From IMG/VR virus record IMGVR_UViG_3300025530_000412: DNA of 64,000 nt; one strand, given 5' to 3'. The notes below the pieces were generated by a model. It was given only the letters and a program-made list of their open reading frames with translations, ran no database searches and had not been told where the DNA came from. The DNA comes from an uncultured virus (IMG/VR IMGVR_UViG_3300025530_000412). Taxonomy: Duplodnaviria; Heunggongvirae; Uroviricota; Caudoviricetes. The position numbers and the translations under genes were made by a program. Within the stretch, counting starts at the first letter, position 1, and each line of letters opens with the position of its first letter. Of this stretch, positions 57,584-64,000 are shown in pieces.

Positions 57584-57769
57584 ATGACTACAGATATTAA
57601 CAATTTGTTGTGCGTTGAGTGCGGAAATAGAGGATTCATACAAATAACAGTTAACAAAAACAATAACAACATTCCTGCGCTTCAATGTAAACATTGCATG
57701 TCTGTACTATACGGACATGAAGCAATGCAAATTATAACAGCGCAAAATGAACAATCAGCAACCAAATAA
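57584..57769 (+). CDS. YgiT/YokU-type zinc-finger protein (putative antitoxin partner)
   Basis: CVECG...NIPALQCKHC. Confidence 0.65.
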   Translation: MTTDINNLLCVECGNRGFIQITVNKNNNNIPALQCKHCMSVLYGHEAMQIITAQNEQSATK

Positions 57770-57840
57770 CAAGTATTCCATCTTATTGCCTGTTTTTTAT
57801 TTTAAATAATATCAAATATTATATTTGGAGGCGATATAAA

Positions 57841-58089
57841 ATGATTCTTTATAAAACTATTATTGACATTGAAAACTATCCTGCGGAAGTGGTTTTTGAA
57901 CGTTGTATAAATTCACCAGAGCATGGATTGACGAATGCTGAAGTGATGGTTATTTATGATAATATGGGAATTGACATTATTTCCTATGATCCCAATTTTA
58001 ACTATGAAGAATATCTTAACAGCAAACAATTTGAAGACAAAGTATATGATTCTGCAATTGATCGTTACGAACGACAAATGAATTTATAA
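57841..58089 (+). CDS. Acidic hypothetical protein
   Basis: RBS GGAGG. Confidence 0.6.
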   Translation: MILYKTIIDIENYPAEVVFERCINSPEHGLTNAEVMVIYDNMGIDIISYDPNFNYEEYLNSKQFEDKVYDSAIDRYERQMNL

Positions 58090-58226
58090 CAATCCAAGCA
58101 GAGCCGATCCGCTTAATTTTCATATCCAGTTAAAAGCAGGATTTTATTCCTGCTATGGACTTGTAAACATTTGCTTTATGAGTCGATAGCAGGAATAAAA
58201 TAATATAAATTAAGGAGTGAAATAAC

Positions 58227-58583
58227 ATGACAAAAAACGGTTTATATTTCAAACTTAAAGACGATAAGCATGTTTTTGGGAATGTCTATTCAGATAATAT
58301 CAAAATAACAGAAAAATGCATCTTTTTTAATGTGGCAGGAGAAACAAAAAGAATTTATAAAGATGATTGTATTTTTTGGGCAATAGTCCCAAATATAACA
58401 TTAGCTGAACATGAAAAGTTAAAGAAAAAACATGAAGCATTATTATCAGAAAATGGATTATTACTCGAAAATGGGAAAATTTTACAATATATCAACGGTC
58501 AATTTATTATTGACAATGAAGAATTTATTATAGGAGAAGAGGCATATTGTATTATTACTGGAAGGGAATTAATCTATTCATAA
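58227..58583 (+). CDS. Hypothetical protein
   Basis: RBS AAGGAGTG. Confidence 0.65.
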   Translation: MTKNGLYFKLKDDKHVFGNVYSDNIKITEKCIFFNVAGETKRIYKDDCIFWAIVPNITLAEHEKLKKKHEALLSENGLLLENGKILQYINGQFIIDNEEFIIGEEAYCIITGRELIYS

Positions 58584-58610
58584 AAAAGAGAAAATAAAAT
58601 TATAACAGGA

Positions 58611-58856
58611 GTGATAAAAATGATAATCAAATTGCATGAAAGATATAAATGTAAATCAAAACTAATCGAAAAAGTTATCAATAACAAGGGCTGGAAAATC
58701 AAAATTGTAGACGATCAAGTAGTAAGCAATAATATTGATCAAGATTTTATCGATTATTTTTGTGGATGGGAACAAACATATTCACCAACTACAACATGGA
58801 AACGATTGAAACCAAATGTAAAACCATTCTATGTAATAGGAGTGATGATCCAATGA
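58611..58856 (+). CDS. Hypothetical protein
   Basis: RBS GGAGTG. Confidence 0.55.
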   Translation: MIKMIIKLHERYKCKSKLIEKVINNKGWKIKIVDDQVVSNNIDQDFIDYFCGWEQTYSPTTTWKRLKPNVKPFYVIGVMIQ

Positions 58857-59070
58857 CTGACCAACAATTGAAAAAAACATCATCAACTTCATGAAACGTG
58901 CAAATAAACCTGTCACCATTGATGAAATCATTGATAACAGCGGTTTAACAAAAGATTTTTGGCTGATTAAAAGTATATTGAACCAATTGAAATTGTTTGG
59001 AGTGATTGAAGAATATAAAGAAGGATTAGAAAAAAGAAAATATGTCTTGTCGAGTCAACATAAAATATAA
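58853..59070 (+). pseudogene. Small wHTH-like gene frameshifted at an A7 run
   Basis: MTDQQLKK then IINFMKRANKPVTIDEII...L.QL...GVI in another frame; one extra A at 58871-58877 restores the frame. Confidence 0.45.
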
Positions 59071-59255
59071 TATAATCTATTCAAATAAGACGAAAGGAGG
59101 ATTGAAAATGAAAATGAAAATTCTGCATTTTCTTTTCCGTCTTGTCTTTCCTCAAAGTCGTTTTAAACCTATTCATAACATGACATACGATGAATTACTG
59201 GAATTTATTGAACATGCTTGATTAAAATAAAATAATAATAAAGGGGAAATGAAAA

Positions 59256-60443
59256 ATGAGTGTAACAGCAGCAGAAAAACAATATGTGTTGAATCAGGAA
59301 ACCGGAAAAATCGAATTACATTTCAATAAATCCGAATACCAAGCATTAACAGCAGACCAAAAAGCAAACCTGAAACGTTTCTTCTTGTGGTCGCCTCAAC
59401 GCCAAGCATGGGTTTCACGTTCAAAGAATAGTCATTACATGGCAATTCGAACGGCTGAACAGTTTGGTTTTACAAACGGCGGAAAAGTGGGTGAAAAGCT
59501 TACATATGCGGAAGAATTGCAACGGAAAGTAGATCGAGCAGAAAGACGTGCCGAACGTTATGAAAAATATGCAGAAAATGCAGAAAAACGTGCTGAAATG
59601 TTGCAAGCAGAAATGAATGAGTATTTGCGAAATCATGATATTGCTTTTTTCACACAACCGATCATTGCAGGACATGCTGCATCGGAAGCTTTTGCTAGAC
59701 AAAGACAACGCATATACGACAGATATCATAAAGGTTTTGAAGAATATCGAAAAAGTGAATACTTCAAGCAAAAGGCCATAACAGCCCATCAAACCGCAAG
59801 CATGACACAATTACAAGACCGTTCATATCTTAATAACAGAATTCAAGAATGTGAAGCGAATATAAGAAAGTATGAACGGTTGATTGTAACAGCAGAAGAA
59901 AAAAATAATCAAGAATGGTTACAATCTTTATTAGATAAAATGGAATATGAAGTGGATAAGTTGGCATTTTTTCAAAATAAATTAGACGCGATTGGTAAAA
60001 TATATACAAAAAATGATATTAAATCAGGTTATTTAGTTAAAATTCAAAATGATTGGGCGGAAGTTATAAAAGCAAATTCAAAAACAATTGAAGTAAAATT
60101 TCCATGGAATAATTGGACATTGAAATATAATTATGCAGAAATTCAAGAAGTCAAAATTCCTGAAGACTGGAAGGAGGAGAAAAAAGAAATCAAAAATCCG
60201 TTTAACATTGGTGACATCCTTGTAAGGAAAAATATTGCTGGTACTGCTGTTATTTCAGCTTATCAAGTTGTGAAAGTGACAGAAAAAAGCGTAACAATCC
60301 AAAAAATTGCTATTGAAGAAGGAAAACCAATCAGGGATAAATTTGTAACAGACAAGCAAGAAAGACGACAAGTAAAACAAGACAGAAGCGGAAATTTTGT
60401 TGTGAATGACGGCGACTGGTATTTGTACCAATATACTGCTTAA
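59256..60443 (+). CDS. DUF3560-like protein
   Basis: RAERRAERY...AE, FFTQPIIAGH.AS, YLNNRI.ECEA..RK. Confidence 0.7.
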   Translation: MSVTAAEKQYVLNQETGKIELHFNKSEYQALTADQKANLKRFFLWSPQRQAWVSRSKNSHYMAIRTAEQFGFTNGGKVGEKLTYAEELQRKVDRAERRAERYEKYAENAEKRAEMLQAEMNEYLRNHDIAFFTQPIIAGHAASEAFARQRQRIYDRYHKGFEEYRKSEYFKQKAITAHQTASMTQLQDRSYLNNRIQECEANIRKYERLIVTAEEKNNQEWLQSLLDKMEYEVDKLAFFQNKLDAIGKIYTKNDIKSGYLVKIQNDWAEVIKANSKTIEVKFPWNNWTLKYNYAEIQEVKIPEDWKEEKKEIKNPFNIGDILVRKNIAGTAVISAYQVVKVTEKSVTIQKIAIEEGKPIRDKFVTDKQERRQVKQDRSGNFVVNDGDWYLYQYTA

Positions 60444-60449
60444 TAACCA

Positions 60450-60485
60450 TAACAGGCACATAGTATAATTACTATGTGCCTGTTA
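60450..60485. terminator. 16-bp hairpin (terminator or processing stem)
   Basis: TAACAGGCACATAGTA-taat-TACTATGTGCCTGTTA. Confidence 0.6.
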
Positions 60486-60688
60486 AAATCTACATTTTAA
60501 CAGAAGGGAGCAAATAAAGATGTTTGAATTAATAGAATTAAAGACTGGTCGTGTAATTGAACGTCACAATTATTCTTTTCAAGAATTTATTGAAAATAAA
60601 TATTCTAGGTTTTGCTCATTACAAACTGAAAATGGTTTAATAATTGGTGATGTTCGTCCTGATTTAGTATGGCGCGAAGTTAAATAAA

Positions 60689-60997
60689 ATGAAAAAATTG
60701 TATCGCCTTTCAAGAAGTGAAGACAAATTGGAATGGATCGAATGTACTGGAACCGAAGTAAAAGTAGAAGGATACATATTATACTATGTAAAAAACGTAA
60801 AATTCTATGGTTATTATTCTAATTGTTTAATCGAGCCAAGGACAGGCATTTCTGTTGCACAAGGTAAAACCAAAAATCTTTGCACTGAAGACTTTAAAAG
60901 AAATTTGCAAAAAATTGGTCATGACGATTTTGAAAAACAAATAACAGAATGTATCAAGAAATATGGGGAATCACCATTGTATAACAAGACAGTTTAA
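60689..60997 (+). CDS. Hypothetical protein
   Basis: ORF in the early operon; EPRTG.SV motif. Confidence 0.6.
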   Translation: MKKLYRLSRSEDKLEWIECTGTEVKVEGYILYYVKNVKFYGYYSNCLIEPRTGISVAQGKTKNLCTEDFKRNLQKIGHDDFEKQITECIKKYGESPLYNKTV

Positions 60998-61048
60998 ATA
61001 ACAAAAATTAAAAAACTAAAATAATAATATTAAAAGGAGTGTTATAAA

Positions 61049-61633
61049 ATGATTCAGATTTCAACTTCTCCATGGGGATATATTCATCATTGCAAAACTG
61101 TTGTCGATGGTGTTTATATTGTTGAAACTGCTAGTCATGGCGGAATTATGATCCATAAAGATATTGCAGAACAATTGCTTTCAAAATATGCAAGAGCAAA
61201 AGGATCAAGATTCCAAGATTATTATTGCTATGAAGAGGATTGCGACTATGCTATTCCAGTTTTCGAAATGAAACATTTTTGGCAAAAATTCTTTAGAAAT
61301 AAAGATAACAGCGAAATCGAAAATATTCTCATGAAGTCGTTAAGTCTTTGGAACGCTGATTATTTGATTGCTATTGGTGTAACTCCACTTGAAAAACAAT
61401 ACAAACAATATCTTGCCAACAAAAAAGAAGAAGAAATGAGAAGAAATAAAGACGAAAATTTAATTATAGCAGCGTGGGGTGACTGGCACACGAAAAGAAA
61501 GGGAATCAATCTAGTGTTAACAGCCGACGGAAAATATCACTATGTAACTGAAAAAAGTTACAAACCTTTTGACGGATTGTATCTTTTGAGTAATTGTGAA
61601 ATTGTTGAAAGTGACGTTCCTTATTCTGCATAA
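61049..61633 (+). CDS. DUF7007-like hypothetical protein
   Basis: SPWG.I, V.TASHGG, YEEDCD.AI. Confidence 0.65.
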   Translation: MIQISTSPWGYIHHCKTVVDGVYIVETASHGGIMIHKDIAEQLLSKYARAKGSRFQDYYCYEEDCDYAIPVFEMKHFWQKFFRNKDNSEIENILMKSLSLWNADYLIAIGVTPLEKQYKQYLANKKEEEMRRNKDENLIIAAWGDWHTKRKGINLVLTADGKYHYVTEKSYKPFDGLYLLSNCEIVESDVPYSA

Positions 61634-61827
61634 AATATAGGGGATTATTCGAAATGGATAGTCCCCCAAAGATTCTCAAAGGGGTGATATATAATGCGCT
61701 TTATTTACGGCAAGAAAATCAATAACAAAATTTTTGTTCGCACGAAAAAAGGGAACTGGATTGAATTTGCTTTACTTTTTGTAGAATAAAAAGTAAAATA
61801 TATATAAAAAAACGGAGGTTATATCAA

Positions 61828-62159
61828 ATGAAATAAACAATTGCTCATGTTAAGTACGAAAATCATGTAAAAGAATCGCTACTTTCAGGAAAACCAGTTA
61901 ATTATGATTTAAAAGACTTTATTCCTCAAAAATAACAGCAAGAAAACAACAAGACAGTGTACAAAATATGAAAAAATAGTCTATGATATATTCAAAAAAG
62001 CAAAAGAAATTTTTCCTAAAATGCATGATGGTATGTTCATAAGACATGGTTATATTGCTGAAGAAATGGCTTATTTAATGAGTCAATGTAATATTATCGA
62101 AGAAGCAAGAGAGTTATATAATACATGGAAACATATTACATATAACACACCATGTCATA
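61828..62159 (+). pseudogene. Degraded small gene
   Basis: Good RBS (GGAGG) followed by ATG AAA TAA and further in-frame stops. Confidence 0.35.
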
Positions 62160-62201
62160 AATATTAAAAAGTCGATAAAACAAGTCTTTTAATAAGAAAG
62201 G

Positions 62202-62432
62202 GTGGAAAATATGAAACAATATACAATTGATTTTGTGTATTTGGATAATTATGAAATAACGGCATATAATAATGGTAAAATGGAATATTCTGATATTGTT
62301 CGATCATATGAACTAGATGGTTATGTATCTGCTTTGGAAACGCAAGGTTATAGGCGAGAGGTTATAGGCGAGCCTATGATGTTAAAAAATATAAAGAAGA
62401 ATTTAACGAAGCTAAAGAGAAATATGAAATAG
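62202..62432 (+). CDS. Hypothetical protein
   Basis: RBS AAGGGTGG. Confidence 0.5.
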   Translation: MENMKQYTIDFVYLDNYEITAYNNGKMEYSDIVRSYELDGYVSALETQGYRREVIGEPMMLKNIKKNLTKLKRNMK

Positions 62433-62474
62433 CAAAAAAGAAATACAAAACAGCGTTAAAAAATCCACTAATTA

Positions 62475-63107
62475 TTGTTAATCAATAAATTCAAACGTTT
62501 GGAGGATAAAGCAATGAAAAAACATGTTTTTATCAAAGTTTTTGAAAGAATTGTTGAACTTCTTAAAAACGAACAAGATAAAATTGATATTAATAATACA
62601 AATGATCTTGATATAGTAGATGAATATTTTTTATTCGATGATTTGATTTCAAAGTTTTCATTGAAAATTGATACGTTGCAAGGTAAAAGTTTTGCGAACT
62701 TTGATTTTTTTCCCGACTGGAAGGAAGAAAATAAGGAAATGAAACAAAATAAATTTTTCCATTACATTAATTTGATTGGAACAGAATTCATCGATGTTGG
62801 TGACGTTGCAAAAATGATGGGATGGGATACCTATCAAGTTTATGACAGATTGGAGGAATTGCCGATACCAGTCCATAATGGATTAAAAAAATTGTGGGCA
62901 AAACATGATTTTGAACATAAAGAGCAAAGAGCAACACTAAGTCAAGTTTTGACAGTTGCGGAAGCGGCAAAAAAATATAATGTTTCAAACGATACTATTA
63001 TTAAACTGTGTCAAGCAAAAAAGATCGCCGCAAGACAGACAGAAGATGGCGAATGGCTTATTGGGCGCGAAGGTTTGCATAATTATTTTAAAAGTATTAT
63101 TGAATAA
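62475..63107 (+). CDS. DNA-binding protein with a C-terminal excisionase/MerR-like HTH
   Basis: LTVAEAAKKYNVSNDTIIKLCQ..KI.A......WLI. Confidence 0.7.
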   Translation: MLINKFKRLEDKAMKKHVFIKVFERIVELLKNEQDKIDINNTNDLDIVDEYFLFDDLISKFSLKIDTLQGKSFANFDFFPDWKEENKEMKQNKFFHYINLIGTEFIDVGDVAKMMGWDTYQVYDRLEELPIPVHNGLKKLWAKHDFEHKEQRATLSQVLTVAEAAKKYNVSNDTIIKLCQAKKIAARQTEDGEWLIGREGLHNYFKSIIE

Positions 63108-63124
63108 AGAGGGGTGTAATAACA

Positions 63125-63850
63125 ATGACAGTTAAATTTAGACATCCTGATTACTTGTTTTTATTTGATATTGACAAAACGTTAGAACATTTAAAATCAC
63201 TTAAAGATAATATTCAAAAACCTTTCATTATGGATGCTGGCACACTGAATAATAATCTTTTTGACAATTCATATAACAGTTATGATGTTGGATATTATAT
63301 TCACAATTCTGTTTTAGAATTAATGCAATTTTTGACGAAAAAAAATAACATTTGGGAAATATGCGAAGTTGCTTTTAATGAAGACTACGAATGGGGAGAA
63401 AAAAGAAATAAAGATTTATTGTATAAATCATTTTACAAATATTCTCTTAAAGATGAATATGTTAAACCAGCAATCACAATTATTGACAAATGGATCGAAG
63501 AAACGGAAGATATATATAACAAAATGAAAGAAGAACAAGAGGAAGAAAAACAAAGACGTGAAATGTATAAGAACAAATATTCTATTATTGAAGTATATAA
63601 ACTTATTAAACCATCAGGCGGAGAAAATGGACAAGATGGCTATTATGATGGTTTAATTAGGAATAACAGTACTGGACAAACTGTTAGAATGGTCGCGCGA
63701 AATGTGTTTGACTTTGGATTTTATACTTATCCCAAACGACTTGAGGGGACAAACGATGTCTTTAATAGAGAGGTATGGACAGAAGAAGAAAGAAATGTAT
63801 CAAATTGGATTTGTGATTTTCCACCGTTTACAACAAGGACTCGTATGTAA
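63125..63850 (+). CDS. Hypothetical protein
   Basis: RBS GAGGGGTG; RNVFDFG motif. Confidence 0.65.
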   Translation: MTVKFRHPDYLFLFDIDKTLEHLKSLKDNIQKPFIMDAGTLNNNLFDNSYNSYDVGYYIHNSVLELMQFLTKKNNIWEICEVAFNEDYEWGEKRNKDLLYKSFYKYSLKDEYVKPAITIIDKWIEETEDIYNKMKEEQEEEKQRREMYKNKYSIIEVYKLIKPSGGENGQDGYYDGLIRNNSTGQTVRMVARNVFDFGFYTYPKRLEGTNDVFNREVWTEEERNVSNWICDFPPFTTRTRM

Positions 63851-64000
63851 TTAATAATTGGAGGGATATTTATTATGCGAAATTTAACAGAGTTGAAACA
63901 AAAAACGTTGGAATACTGTGAAAGAGTAAGGAAAAGCGGAGGTTTAACAGCAGAATACCAATTGGGACAAAAAACGTTACCAGATCATTGAGCCAAAAAA

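Larger units (their letters stand above)
584..64000. mobile_element. SPbeta-like prophage, left part (continues beyond the window)
   Basis: Abrupt GC drop; integrase at the boundary; lysis-tail-head-terminase-HU gene order resembling the SPbeta yom/yon block. Confidence 0.93.

Noticed and set aside
58865..58880. Programmed -1 frameshift
   Set aside because: The A7 run is not in canonical X XXY YYZ phase and has no downstream stimulator; a homopolymer indel or sequencing error is more likely

Overview
About the first 583 nt are GC-rich host chromosome, probably Paenibacillaceae/Bacillales: ppiB, a sigmaA promoter and what looks like the first ~20 nt of an FMN riboswitch. Everything after that is an AT-rich SPbeta-like prophage that runs past the window end. 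It contains a tyrosine integrase, a minus-strand lysis/tail/head/terminase block (2.3-47.8 kb), an IS200/IS605 tnpB-only element, two more tyrosine recombinases, a RecD2-like helicase, an iteron-like origin with two Rep-like wHTH paralogues, and a plus-strand early region of small ORFs (53.9-64 kb). The most unusual signals are at the RNA level. The tape-measure gene is split by a 339-nt group I intron. The early transcript opens with a ~500-nt highly structured non-coding leader and is punctuated by two type I hammerhead ribozymes and one pistol ribozyme. Both hammerhead CUGA cores double as the stop codon of the upstream ORF. A 27-bp RNA stem encloses a mini-gene, and the hexamer TAACAG is strongly and strand-specifically enriched. 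The prophage appears to have integrated inside the FMN riboswitch. All calls come from reading motifs by eye; no searches were run.
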